Virus record (IMG/VR): IMGVR_UViG_3300027877_000008
Span: 1 to 47,166 of that record
Reading direction: 5' to 3' (one strand)
Length of the DNA: 47,166 bases
Source: a virus
Lineage: Duplodnaviria > Caudoviricetes
Shown here piece by piece: positions 27,368-37,207 of the stretch. Every line of letters starts with the position of its first letter. Within the stretch, counting starts at the first letter, position 1. Under the pieces are notes generated by a model. That model had not been told where the DNA came from and did not search any database. It worked only from the letters and a program-made list of their open reading frames with translations. Position numbers and translations under genes: made by a program.

Positions 27368-28657
27368 ATGGCAAGTGCTATTCAGAATCCTTACCGTCAA
27401 TTAAAGGGAGCACCAATCCAGAAGGAAGCTTCTACTCAAGTAGTGGCTCCTTCTGCTACTGAAGTTAGAACTGCTCTCCCTAAGGCGCAGCCACGGGGTG
27501 TGGCACGTCAGGCTACGTCAGCCACTCATAATGAAGAACTACATGACAGTAGCGGAGCTTTCAATCCACGTCCATTTGGTGGCTACTCAGACTCTAATGG
27601 ATCTCGTGATGGAATTAGAGCAGCGGTAGGAGCACCTAAGGGTCGTATGTTCGATGATAAGGGCGAACTCAACGCTTATGATCGGCGTGATGCTCTTCAA
27701 CAGATCGCATATCTATTGAACAATGTTACTAAGAAGACTGCTGGTTCAGGTTCAATCTATCGTGAATCATCGACTATCCCAGCTGAAGAGCGACGCAAGG
27801 TTTTAGCAGCTGCGATGCGTGATCCTACTGGTGAAGGATTTGCAATTGTAGGGCAAGAATTACTTCTTCCTATTAAGGATATTATTGATTACGAGGGCTG
27901 GGCGCGTAAGATTTATCGTGTTCGACCGTTAGCGCAGGGCGAATTGTTCCGTATTGCTAAGGATGTTCGTTCTACGGCATGGGTAGTTGGCCAGGATGGT
28001 CAAAGTATTGAATCTCGTCTTTTCGGTAAGTATATTACACCGAGCGAGTTCAAGATCACTTCTTTCCCCACTGTTGACATCGAAGATATCTATCAGATGA
28101 ATTTCGATGTATTGGATCGTGCACAAGACACTGCTCGTCAGGAGATTGAATTAGAGGAAGATAAACGTGGTCTGACTCTAATTGATAGGGCTTCTACTAC
28201 AGTTAATGCGACGACAATCTTTAGTACATTAGGTGTTGCTGCTTTTGAAGATATTCGTTACCAGGTAGAACGTCACCGTTTAGTGGTTGAGAAATTCTTA
28301 ATTAACCGCCGAGAGCTGTCTGATCTTATTAAGACTGCGGTTGGTCTGGGTGCATCCAGTCAGCATGTAGATCCAGTAACTGAGCGTGAGCTAATTCTAG
28401 CTGGCTATGTGGGCAACGTACTAAATGCCCAGATTATCACTGCTGCAGGTACAGGTGTTGAGGAAGTGGTTCCAGCCGGTACGGTATACGCTGTGACTGG
28501 TAGTGAGTACATGGGAGAAATGGGAGTCCGTGTTGAATTGTTCTCTGAGCCATTTAATAAATTTGGTCTGCGCGAGACTGTAAAAGGTTGGGCTTTCTGC
28601 GAAATGATTGGATTCGCCATTCCTAATAGTCGAGCGGTAGCGAAGGGCACTAAGTAG
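27368..28657 (+). CDS. Major capsid protein (HK97-like fold) with N-terminal propeptide
   Basis: Position, PIKDIIDYEGWARK, FDVLDRAQDTARQEIELEED, GWAFCEMIGFAIPNSRAV. ATG 27368 has a GGAG RBS. Confidence 0.9.
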   Translation: MASAIQNPYRQLKGAPIQKEASTQVVAPSATEVRTALPKAQPRGVARQATSATHNEELHDSSGAFNPRPFGGYSDSNGSRDGIRAAVGAPKGRMFDDKGELNAYDRRDALQQIAYLLNNVTKKTAGSGSIYRESSTIPAEERRKVLAAAMRDPTGEGFAIVGQELLLPIKDIIDYEGWARKIYRVRPLAQGELFRIAKDVRSTAWVVGQDGQSIESRLFGKYITPSEFKITSFPTVDIEDIYQMNFDVLDRAQDTARQEIELEEDKRGLTLIDRASTTVNATTIFSTLGVAAFEDIRYQVERHRLVVEKFLINRRELSDLIKTAVGLGASSQHVDPVTERELILAGYVGNVLNAQIITAAGTGVEEVVPAGTVYAVTGSEYMGEMGVRVELFSEPFNKFGLRETVKGWAFCEMIGFAIPNSRAVAKGTK

Positions 28658-28693
28658 TATTTAATAATTATTACTCTTTAGATTAGATATGCA

Positions 28694-28727
28694 TTGGCCC
28701 CGAGAGATCATGATCTCTCGGGGCCAA
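28694..28727. terminator. 34-bp perfect palindrome between the converging MCP and Zn-finger genes
   Basis: TTGGCCCCGAGAGATCA|TGATCTCTCGGGGCCAA. Confidence 0.7.
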
Positions 28728-28745
28728 GGTGTGTTTATATTTAAG

Positions 28746-28949
28746 TCATTTGATGCCGCTGGATCTAATGGGCTTAAGAGGTTTAGGGCGAATCTGATCC
28801 CTGATCTTTCTATAGCAGCTAGGACACAAATCGTGGTCGGCATCGGACTTGTATTTGTGGTGATGGCGAAACCGAGATACTTTTTTATCACACAATGAAC
28901 ACAGTCTTTTCTGACTATTAGTCCATTTTGGCAAACGGGCCGGGCGCAT
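28746..28949 (-). CDS. Small basic Zn-finger protein (CxxC...CxxC)
   Basis: CSLC...CPSC; has its own sigma54-like site upstream and a hairpin downstream. Confidence 0.65.
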   Translation of the reverse strand: MRPARLPKWTNSQKRLCSLCDKKVSRFRHHHKYKSDADHDLCPSCYRKIRDQIRPKPLKPIRSSGIK

Positions 28950-28961
28950 GTCCGCTCAAGT

Positions 28962-28977
28962 TGCAAGCGCCGGGCCG
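28962..28977 (-). promoter_or_regulatory. sigma54-like promoter
   Basis: Reverse complement CGGCCCGGCGCTTGCA, 13/16 identical to the site at 781, in an isolated GC-rich patch. Confidence 0.62.
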
Positions 28978-28991
28978 CCGCTGGAGGCTAG

Positions 28992-29297
28992 ATGAAGTTT
29001 CATATTAGAACAATTATAGATAAATTTAAGATTTGGTGGTATCAAATCATAAAGTCGTCTGGTATGTCATTTGCAGACAGCAATTATTTACCTATACCGA
29101 CTGCTAACATAGATTCAATTTTAGTTAAAGATTTGGTACAAGCTGATTTTGATCAGCGAATAAGTGTTGGGTTAGAAAAATATGGCACTTATTTGCAGGT
29201 TAACGATGGGCGCGATCCTCTAATTGATCTATATCAGGAGTTATGGGATTCAATCATCTATCTAAGGAAGGAGCTATATCATCGATATGGTAAGTGA
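28992..29297 (+). CDS. MazG-like all-alpha nucleotide pyrophosphohydrolase-related phage protein
   Basis: GLEKYGT.L...GRD.L.DLYQELWDSIIY motif; GGAGG RBS. Confidence 0.55.
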   Translation: MKFHIRTIIDKFKIWWYQIIKSSGMSFADSNYLPIPTANIDSILVKDLVQADFDQRISVGLEKYGTYLQVNDGRDPLIDLYQELWDSIIYLRKELYHRYGK

Positions 29298-29721
29298 AAA
29301 ACGGATTGGTTGGGATGAGTATTTTATGAATATTGCACATCAGGTTGCGGCTCGATCTACATGCCCTAGGCTAGCAGTGGGTGCAGTACTTGTTAAAGAT
29401 AAGCGAGCGATTAGTATGGGTTATAATGGTTCTGGGCGGGGCCAAGATCATTGTTCTGATGCTGGATGTATCATAATAAATAATCACTGTATACGTACAG
29501 TACATGCAGAGACTAATGCATTACTCAATGCGCCGCGTAGTGAGGATTTGAAGTATTCTACTTTATATGTTACATGTATGCCTTGTCTTGATTGTTTTAA
29601 GAATGTGGTTCAAGCTGGCATTAAACGTATTGTATACGATCAGCCGTATGATGTTGACTATAGTATTTTGAAGATTAATATAAATCAAATGCCAAGTATA
29701 GCACAGCTCGTCTCTAGCTAG
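29287..29721 (+). CDS. dCMP deaminase (ComEB-like)
   Basis: WDEYFM, RSTC...VGAV, GYNG, HAE.NA and PCLDC. Confidence 0.93.
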   Translation: MVSEKRIGWDEYFMNIAHQVAARSTCPRLAVGAVLVKDKRAISMGYNGSGRGQDHCSDAGCIIINNHCIRTVHAETNALLNAPRSEDLKYSTLYVTCMPCLDCFKNVVQAGIKRIVYDQPYDVDYSILKININQMPSIAQLVSS

Positions 29722-29812
29722 CAAATGGGGAGAAGACCATATTACTAGTATCGCAGCAATCATAAACATCTTAATCATCGGTTAAGAGTATTTTACACTT
29801 AAAGGATATATA

Positions 29813-30547
29813 ATGACTCAGGCTATAAATTTTACTGAATATTTCAAAGAAGAACGAGACGTATGGGTTCAGAATGTGTCGCAGTGCCAAGTAAGTGTAA
29901 TGTTTGATCTTGGTCCAGGTCGTTCTGAGTCTTATTTATTCGTACCTAATACTGATCCTGTAAATCTATCTCAGGGCTTTCCATTTCAGGCAATTAAAAC
30001 CTCAATGGATCTTCGGCGTATGTTAATCCGGGTTCCTCCTGCGTTAAAGTTAATGACCGAGGATGAAGCTAAAGCTTATTATGAGCGTCAGGCTAGTGAC
30101 AATGGACTAAAAGATGTGAGCATAGCTATGTCTCAGGCTGAGGAACGACGTGCGATAATTCATAGTCGTCAACCATTACCTGACGCGCCAGATCCAATCA
30201 AGTTACATGATGTTGTATCCGATGGGCAGCATCTAGGTGAAAAGAAGATTGTTCGATCAACCTTGGGGTCAGTTTCGCAAGAGGATGAAATTAATCCTCG
30301 CATATTAAATCTATGTTTACAAGTTCACCCTCAGGTTCCAGATCAAGAGAAGATGAGTGCACAAACTATGATTGCTGAGATCGCTGCAATCCCAAGTCTT
30401 AAGTTATTAGACTGGGAATATCTTAATTCTCATGGGTTTTATAAGTCTGTGCGTAATATGGCTAAGCAGCAAATTGCGAGGCTGATTGAAGCTGATTCGG
30501 AAGTAGAGAAACCAACCAAGAAGACTAATAAGAAAGCTGGTGGGTAG
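29813..30547 (+). CDS. Hypothetical protein, post-capsid
   Basis: 244-aa ORF with AGGA RBS. Confidence 0.75.
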   Translation: MTQAINFTEYFKEERDVWVQNVSQCQVSVMFDLGPGRSESYLFVPNTDPVNLSQGFPFQAIKTSMDLRRMLIRVPPALKLMTEDEAKAYYERQASDNGLKDVSIAMSQAEERRAIIHSRQPLPDAPDPIKLHDVVSDGQHLGEKKIVRSTLGSVSQEDEINPRILNLCLQVHPQVPDQEKMSAQTMIAEIAAIPSLKLLDWEYLNSHGFYKSVRNMAKQQIARLIEADSEVEKPTKKTNKKAGG

Positions 30548-30550
30548 TCG

Positions 30551-30970
30551 ATGAATCTAGCTGCGCAACGTATAAGTCTTTTTGGGCCTACTGAATTAGT
30601 TCATTCATCGACTGCTGGATTGAATGGAGGGGAACCAGAGACTAGTATCTCTACTGGTCCAGCTAGATTTCAGTGGTCGCCTAGTCAGAATGCGGGCCTA
30701 ATTGATCCTACCGGGTTAGGTCTATCTGGTACATATCGCATTATACGTTTACAAGTTTTTGGGGACACAGATACAATAACAGTAAGTCTGATTGATGGAG
30801 ATAAGACACTCATACTGGTCAATGGCGCTAGCCTTCCATATGTTAATGAAGGTCTTGGATTTGTTACTTCTGGTCAGAAATTAAAGGTCACTAGTGGATT
30901 TAATACTACTTCTTTGAAAATGATCATTACATTAGCTGATGCCTTAGCTTGGTCTCCATCTCCTAAATAA
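30551..30970 (+). CDS. Putative virion structural protein
   Basis: 139 aa, beta-rich, packed in the operon. Confidence 0.6.
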   Translation: MNLAAQRISLFGPTELVHSSTAGLNGGEPETSISTGPARFQWSPSQNAGLIDPTGLGLSGTYRIIRLQVFGDTDTITVSLIDGDKTLILVNGASLPYVNEGLGFVTSGQKLKVTSGFNTTSLKMIITLADALAWSPSPK

Positions 30971-30983
30971 TACTAAACACTAG

Positions 30984-31034
30984 AATAAGGGCATAGATTA
31001 TCATCTCTCAACGGAGATAATCTATGCCCTTATT
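30984..31034 (+). promoter_or_regulatory. 19-bp inverted repeat covering the holin start codon
   Basis: AATAAGGGCATAGATTATC / GATAATCTATGCCCTTATT; the ATG at 31024 lies in the right arm. Confidence 0.7.
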
Positions 31035-31389
31035 GTTATTTGTTACTATTACTGATCAATCTATAGGTTGGGTTATAATCTCAATTCAATGGTTAATAAC
31101 CCAACTTCAGAATCATAATTACATGCCAGCGTGTGGTATGTTGATGATGCTTCTAGTTTGGGTAATTAAACGGATTAGTGGCGATGCTCTTAAAACTGAG
31201 CGGTTAGCCTTATTATCAGCTGGTCTCGGGGTACTCTCCGCAGTTGGAATAGAATTATTGGCTTTAACAATAGACTCTAATAGAGTAGACCTACTAACAG
31301 CCATTATTAATGGTCTCATGGTCGGCGCGGGAGCATCAGGATTTTGGTCACTTCTAGGGAAGAAACTTTTGGACACGAAGAGCAACTAA
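31024..31389 (+). CDS. Holin-like membrane protein
   Basis: Three to four hydrophobic segments, GAGASGFWS, basic tail. Confidence 0.6.
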   Translation: MPLLLFVTITDQSIGWVIISIQWLITQLQNHNYMPACGMLMMLLVWVIKRISGDALKTERLALLSAGLGVLSAVGIELLALTIDSNRVDLLTAIINGLMVGAGASGFWSLLGKKLLDTKSN

Positions 31390-31706
31390 TGGTTAAGGAT
31401 GGAATTTTAACGATCGTCTTAGATCGAATTGATAAGGCTACGGGCGAAATGCGAGAGGATGTATCTAAGATTAAGGCCGATATTTCTACACTGGTGACTA
31501 CTAGTGTACGTCAGCAGACTATTCTTGAGGATCAGTCTCGACGTTCTGAGGCAATTGAGAAGTCTGTTAAGCTATTGGAAAATCGTATCACACCTCTAGA
31601 ACAGCATATTGCCATGTGGAGCGGTGCTAGTAAGGTTCTCGTTATTTTAGGTGGTATCACAGCTTTGGTATCAGCCATTGTAGCGATCTATAAAGTATTA
31701 CGCTAG
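31389..31706 (+). CDS. Coiled-coil protein with a C-terminal transmembrane helix (XhlA-like architecture)
   Basis: TAATG coupling gives the 31389 start; hydrophobic C-terminus. Confidence 0.6.
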   Translation: MVKDGILTIVLDRIDKATGEMREDVSKIKADISTLVTTSVRQQTILEDQSRRSEAIEKSVKLLENRITPLEQHIAMWSGASKVLVILGGITALVSAIVAIYKVLR

Positions 31707-31713
31707 GATCTAT

Positions 31714-32271
31714 ATGATTAATCGGTTATTATATACTATTAAAAATTGGCGATCTAGGTGGAGGGCTATAGTATTTGGGGCATACACCCCAGTTCCTAAT
31801 TCACATATTGTTGTTCATGGGGAACTATCAGCTAAGGTTATTAATGCTAGCCAACAAGTTCAGGATTATGGTGTAATTTCGCGACGAGTTGTTACTACTA
31901 CTGGAGTTAATTTTCTTCGTGATGATTTTAGTGGTGGTATTGGTGGTGCTGATATTAGTATGTTGAATTATCATGATTCTGGCACTGGAACTAATCCAGA
32001 ATTAGTTGCAGATATTGACTTACAGATCCCGTCTGGACCTAGCATTAGGGTAACCGGTGCTCAAAGCACGCCGGCATCTAAACAATATAGATCAACAGCG
32101 ACCATAAGCTATACATCCACACTAGCTATTACTGAACATGGTATATTTAATCAGTCTACGCGTGGAGCTGGAAGTGTATTATGGGATCGTAGTGTATTTG
32201 CTCCAATTAATGTCACTAATGGCGATTCTATTCAATTTATATATACGTTAACTATTATGGATGGAGGATAG
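31714..32271 (+). CDS. Virion structural protein
   Basis: ITEHGIFN...LWDRSVFAPINVTNGDSIQFIYTLT is a common phage structural motif. Confidence 0.7.
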   Translation: MINRLLYTIKNWRSRWRAIVFGAYTPVPNSHIVVHGELSAKVINASQQVQDYGVISRRVVTTTGVNFLRDDFSGGIGGADISMLNYHDSGTGTNPELVADIDLQIPSGPSIRVTGAQSTPASKQYRSTATISYTSTLAITEHGIFNQSTRGAGSVLWDRSVFAPINVTNGDSIQFIYTLTIMDGG

Positions 32272-32889
32272 ATGTCTGATATTAAAATATCTGCTCTACC
32301 GCCAGTGAGTAGTGGATCCGTTTTTCAGGAATATGGTGTAGCTGAACTTGGATCTAGTAAGAAGATTAATGGTAGACAGCTACAAGAATTTCTTGGATTT
32401 ATTAAAGTTCTTTTGCCCACTAGACATACTATTTCATCTACTACTGCTACTGAAGTTATTGATATTAGAGCATCAGATGTAGGTGTTGGTACATACGTGT
32501 TTCGTTATTATCTAATTGTGCAGTCTACAGCTACTACTACTGGATTAAAATTTGGTATTAACTTTACCGGTGTCGCTACGCGGTTCGTAGCACATATGGT
32601 TTACCCTAGTTCTGGTTCAACTGCAGCAACTGGGGTTGCTGCAGATATATCTAATACAGCCTCCGGTAGATTAGAAGAGTCTATGGCCGCAAGGTCACTT
32701 AGTACTACTGGTGCAAATCTTGGTCCATATACTGGAGTTACAACAATCAACGCCGATATTCTCAATGTAATTGAGGGAATCATAGTTATAACTAATCCTG
32801 GTCACCTGCAGCTATGGCATGGATCGGAGGGTAATGTAGGTACATCTGTTGAGATTGGTAGCAGTTTACTTTTGACCAGAATTGGATAA
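32272..32889 (+). CDS. Fibre/appendage-like protein
   Basis: N-terminal IKISALP; T/G/S-rich beta domain. Confidence 0.6.
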   Translation: MSDIKISALPPVSSGSVFQEYGVAELGSSKKINGRQLQEFLGFIKVLLPTRHTISSTTATEVIDIRASDVGVGTYVFRYYLIVQSTATTTGLKFGINFTGVATRFVAHMVYPSSGSTAATGVAADISNTASGRLEESMAARSLSTTGANLGPYTGVTTINADILNVIEGIIVITNPGHLQLWHGSEGNVGTSVEIGSSLLLTRIG

Positions 32890-32892
32890 AAT

Positions 32893-33537
32893 ATGGCTAC
32901 TATTGCGGCTATTACTCAATTTTTAGCTTCTGATGTTAATGATTCAAATGTGGCATTAGGAGTAGCATATGCTATTTATGACAGCGATCAACAGCGAACA
33001 CGTCAATTTAGTATTTATGATATTCCAGGTCTTACTTTGGTTAACTTATTAGATTGGAAATCTATTATAGTTCAGGCTGTTATCAATCATGCTGCAACTG
33101 AAGGATTCGTTTTACCAGCTGCTAATTTAAATTGGATCCCATATGAGGGCGGTAACCAGAGATTAACCAAATTAGTGTTTCGTTCTAGCCATGAGCACAC
33201 ATTTAACCTAAATGACACTAATAAAGTTAATATTCATCAGGGACTGGATGGTGAGCCTCAAATTGTAGATTTTACACGATATCGTCAATATCGTCTATTA
33301 GTATATTTAGATAAAAATAGTGGTGATGGAGTGGTATATACTTTAACTGATATTAATAATATATCTAATAATTTTTCAGCTACTTATAGTGGACCTACTG
33401 GTGAAATTATGTTAGATAGTGGATGGGTTAATCTACCAACATGGGCATTTGGTGAAAAATTATTAGCTTGTCAAATTGGTACAACAGATCCAATTACAGT
33501 GTTAGTATATCATCAGTCTCTCCTATATTTGCGATAA
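32893..33537 (+). CDS. Putative structural protein
   Basis: 214-aa ORF in the operon. Confidence 0.6.
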   Translation: MATIAAITQFLASDVNDSNVALGVAYAIYDSDQQRTRQFSIYDIPGLTLVNLLDWKSIIVQAVINHAATEGFVLPAANLNWIPYEGGNQRLTKLVFRSSHEHTFNLNDTNKVNIHQGLDGEPQIVDFTRYRQYRLLVYLDKNSGDGVVYTLTDINNISNNFSATYSGPTGEIMLDSGWVNLPTWAFGEKLLACQIGTTDPITVLVYHQSLLYLR

Positions 33538-33540
33538 TTA

Positions 33541-33969
33541 ATGCCAAATTATTATCAACTTGCCGAAAGTACTGATCGGTTTCTATTAGAAGATGGTAGT
33601 GGTGCACTACTACTAGAAGAAGATCAGTTGTTTGTTAATAATGTTAGTGCAGATATATTATTTATTGGGTCAGTAATTAAGCAGTGTAATAAATTAGTTA
33701 CTGGTGTATTATTGTTTAGTATAACTCTTTCTAATATAGCATTTAATATAATTAGCTACTTAGCAACATTTATTGGTCTAGTAACGACCATCTTTGAAAT
33801 AAAGTTATTTGGTATTGTTAGAACTATTAAGTCTACTACTAAATATATATCAACGATTATTATTGATGATGTAAATCGATTGACAGGTAGGGTCGGTGCC
33901 ATTGACGCAGATCCAAACACTAGTATAATTAGTATATCATCAGATGCTGCAGTTATATCTGTGGAATAA
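33541..33969 (+). CDS. Putative structural protein with an LLEDG..LLLE motif
   Basis: FLLEDGSGALLLEE. Confidence 0.55.
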   Translation: MPNYYQLAESTDRFLLEDGSGALLLEEDQLFVNNVSADILFIGSVIKQCNKLVTGVLLFSITLSNIAFNIISYLATFIGLVTTIFEIKLFGIVRTIKSTTKYISTIIIDDVNRLTGRVGAIDADPNTSIISISSDAAVISVE

Positions 33970-33972
33970 TAT

Positions 33973-35049
33973 ATGGCATTATCAATTATTAATGTAGGAA
34001 CTATAACATTACAGAACTCCTCAACCAGATCTAAGATTATAGTACAGGACTTAACTATAGATCCACCAGTTAATACCGATCCTTATAGGTTAGTGGTGAC
34101 ATTAACTGATCTTGGTGGGTCACCTAAAATTTATGATGTATGGCCGTCTCCAGCGACCCGTATTGTACGAACTGGAGTTGGGCAATTTTATATAGATTTA
34201 GGACCTGCTGATGCTGAGTTGGATGGTAGTCATCCGATTGGTAGTACCATTCTTAATGTTAAACTAGCTAATCCCACTAATACATCTGGATGGCCCGCTA
34301 CTGGGCGGATTACTATTAATTCTGGTAGTTTAATAGAAACTTTAGATTATTCGGCAGTAAATATTGTATCTGGTTCAGGTACTATTACGTTACCGTCACC
34401 AACTACTAAGCTATATAATAGTGGAATTCTTATTGTTGGTCCTAATACTGAGACTAATACTATTGGTGAATTTATAGTTAATTGGCAAACTGAGTTAGTA
34501 GCTGGTGGAGCGGTTACTAACTCAATTGATAAATTTAAAGTCATATCTATTCGAACAGCTTCGTTTTTGCCTGAATTTAAATTACTTATTGATAAATCAA
34601 GGAAATTGACTGCTCCGTCCTCTGAGTGTTTTATAGGGTACACAGATGGTCAATTAATGTCATATCTTGAGGGTGGACTAGGTACCATTAATGCTTATCA
34701 ACCATCACTTACATTTACATTTGAAAACTTTCCATTAGATTATAAACAGATTTTATTAGATGCAGGTTTAGTCACTGGGGTAATGAGTCAACAGCTATAT
34801 GCTATTGATACTGATATACCAAATTATAATGATCAGGGTACATCATTTGTCATTGTTCATCAACCTCAATTAGCTAGTTTTTTGAATCAAATTAGTCAAC
34901 GATTAGATCGTCTGATCCCCATGATGAAATTGCAGCTTTTACAGCCAGGATCGTTACATATTCAAGCCGGACCGAATTTTAGACTTACACAATTGATTCA
35001 GGCGGCGCCATCAGGTTCGTTATTTAGAAATGTATTCTTCAAGGGTTAA
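33973..35049 (+). CDS. Head-tail adaptor/neck protein
   Basis: Position; helical C-terminal domain (YTDGQL..YL...INAYQP...YNDQGTSF). Confidence 0.6.
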   Translation: MALSIINVGTITLQNSSTRSKIIVQDLTIDPPVNTDPYRLVVTLTDLGGSPKIYDVWPSPATRIVRTGVGQFYIDLGPADAELDGSHPIGSTILNVKLANPTNTSGWPATGRITINSGSLIETLDYSAVNIVSGSGTITLPSPTTKLYNSGILIVGPNTETNTIGEFIVNWQTELVAGGAVTNSIDKFKVISIRTASFLPEFKLLIDKSRKLTAPSSECFIGYTDGQLMSYLEGGLGTINAYQPSLTFTFENFPLDYKQILLDAGLVTGVMSQQLYAIDTDIPNYNDQGTSFVIVHQPQLASFLNQISQRLDRLIPMMKLQLLQPGSLHIQAGPNFRLTQLIQAAPSGSLFRNVFFKG

Positions 35050-35054
35050 GTATA

Positions 35055-36080
35055 GTGGCTTCTAAATTCGATATTATATCTGGACGAGCCCCTGGGTATT
35101 GGGGCGGCAAGAATATTCGATGTCGCATTAATAGCGAGTCTATAGTGGATAAGGTCCTATCTTCTAATTATGATAAGATCTATGCTATGGGTCTACCTAT
35201 TGCAGTATGGAGAGAGGCATCATCATTAGTTGACAATCTTACTGTTTGTTCTTGCTTTAAAGATACTTCTAAGCAACCAGATATTCCTTGTCAATCTTGT
35301 TATGGAACCGGAACTATTCCAGGGTTCTTTAAATTTGGGACCAGAAACTATTGGAGTGCTTCTATTGATACTGGATGGACCTTTACTAATATTGTATTAG
35401 ATCAGACTAATCGTCCATTTCGATTTATGTTAGCGAACGATTCTATTTCTGGGATCGCAATTTCACCTAACATATCTATTTCAACCATAGGGAAACTAGG
35501 AGCATGGGAATCTAGATATGATGGATTTACTAGGGATGGTGGAGTAAATAGTGCTATTATAGTGGAGGCATCTAAGGATAATGGACTAACTTGGTTTGCT
35601 CTTTCTGGTCTTGAGTTAGAGGGGCCTACTACTCAGTTGCGATTTAAAGTAACTATGTCTAGAACTACTACTTCAACTAAATCTCCTATGTTCGAGATTG
35701 TACGAGTACGTTATGCTACTATTTTTGATATTAGAAATGAATTATTTGAGCCAGTTATTCGAGTTTTACCAACATGGTTAACTGAGGCTGAGATTAGGCA
35801 GGCCCATGGTTTAAAAATGGAGGCGACTAATAATAAGTTTTGGACGCTACCACTAGCCTTTTTTGATCCTAGTATTGAAATTCAAAATAATGCATCTAGG
35901 GTTAGTGATGATGTATTTGTCGAACAGCGGGTTGGTGTAGAAATTGGTATTCGATATGCTATTACTGAGTTCTCTTATTCAGAGACTTTCGGTAAATTTA
36001 CTAGACAGGAGTTTAGTACACGTAAATATTCAGGTAAGCCAGGGGAAATTATTGGAGAATATGCATATAGAGTGTTCTAG
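35055..36080 (+). CDS. Head closure/neck protein
   Basis: CSC...CQSCYGTG...GF motif; position. Confidence 0.6.
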   Translation: MASKFDIISGRAPGYWGGKNIRCRINSESIVDKVLSSNYDKIYAMGLPIAVWREASSLVDNLTVCSCFKDTSKQPDIPCQSCYGTGTIPGFFKFGTRNYWSASIDTGWTFTNIVLDQTNRPFRFMLANDSISGIAISPNISISTIGKLGAWESRYDGFTRDGGVNSAIIVEASKDNGLTWFALSGLELEGPTTQLRFKVTMSRTTTSTKSPMFEIVRVRYATIFDIRNELFEPVIRVLPTWLTEAEIRQAHGLKMEATNNKFWTLPLAFFDPSIEIQNNASRVSDDVFVEQRVGVEIGIRYAITEFSYSETFGKFTRQEFSTRKYSGKPGEIIGEYAYRVF

Positions 36081-36082
36081 CC

Positions 36083-37207
36083 ATGCCGGTACATAATCGA
36101 CAAGATCTGGGTCAGATTCCTACTGTACCCGACAACTTAACTCAACCACCTAGATTTGGTGCAATCCATGAATTAGTAAAGGATGCATTTGTTTTAGAGT
36201 TGCGGCATTTTTTGTCAACCGCCAATAATCGACTTCGTATAGGTGAACTGCCGCGTATTGATAAATATGCAGTAGCCATTGATACTAAGATTGATCCACT
36301 CGAAACCGCAGTCAGTCTAATTCGCAGTTATCCTGATATTACTGAAGATTTACCGTTAATCGCAGTATTAGCTACTACTGGGCGCAATCTTAAGCTAAGT
36401 ATATCAGACAAATATACATCTATGATAGTTCCGCCAGCTAAGATTATAGGATCTGCAAATGGTCCATTTGCATTGACTGATGGCATGGATTTACAAATCA
36501 CTACCCAGCCTGATGGAATAGATACCAATGTGGTTACGTCTAGATTTGTGTTTCCTTCGTTCATGTTTACCAATATTGCTGCTGCAACCCCAGAAGAGGT
36601 TGTATATGCTATTAATTTTCAGTCACTATATGTTACTGCTTATGTTGTAACCGATGGGGTTATTAAGCATGTCGGAATCAGGGCAGGTGGACCTCATGGT
36701 ACTTTATTCCCAAATAAGATTACAATTGTTGGTGGTACTTCTCTAGGTACTCTTGGATTGGCCATAGGCCAGACTGATCAAAATTATGGTGTTGGTAAAC
36801 AGGCGTATGAGCGTTATCATATGGCAGCAGAATTGACAGTAGCTATCGAAATTGTAGCTGAATCAGAGAATGTACGTACAGATATCTCAGATTTACTATA
36901 TGATTTTTTCTCTTATGTGATGGCTGATCGCAAATTTCAATTTTATGGTCGATCAATATTTGATGAGTCTGTATTAGATGAGACTTATCAGATTATATTA
37001 AAAGATAGTCAAATTTCATTTTCTGGAGAACAAGAGATAAATAGATTAGGCGACCTTAGGGATAAATTATATATTAATCGGATCTCTATTCCGGTTATAG
37101 CTATCCAATACTCAGATCGGTTAATGACGAATATTGATGGCTCAACCACCACCCCGTTAATCAATATTGGACTTATATCTAATTTTAACCTTCCAGAACC
37201 TAATTAA
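36083..37207 (+). CDS. Tail completion/terminator-like protein
   Basis: YP....LP.I.V, IEIVAESENVR..ISDL; immediately before the sheath. Confidence 0.6.
   Translation: MPVHNRQDLGQIPTVPDNLTQPPRFGAIHELVKDAFVLELRHFLSTANNRLRIGELPRIDKYAVAIDTKIDPLETAVSLIRSYPDITEDLPLIAVLATTGRNLKLSISDKYTSMIVPPAKIIGSANGPFALTDGMDLQITTQPDGIDTNVVTSRFVFPSFMFTNIAAATPEEVVYAINFQSLYVTAYVVTDGVIKHVGIRAGGPHGTLFPNKITIVGGTSLGTLGLAIGQTDQNYGVGKQAYERYHMAAELTVAIEIVAESENVRTDISDLLYDFFSYVMADRKFQFYGRSIFDESVLDETYQIILKDSQISFSGEQEINRLGDLRDKLYINRISIPVIAIQYSDRLMTNIDGSTTTPLINIGLISNFNLPEPN

Noticed and set aside
28661-28966. ORFs 28661-28966 (-) and 28689-28898 (+)
   Set aside because: Both run through the 34-bp palindrome (both translate WPREIMISRGQ) and overlap the better-supported Zn-finger ORF
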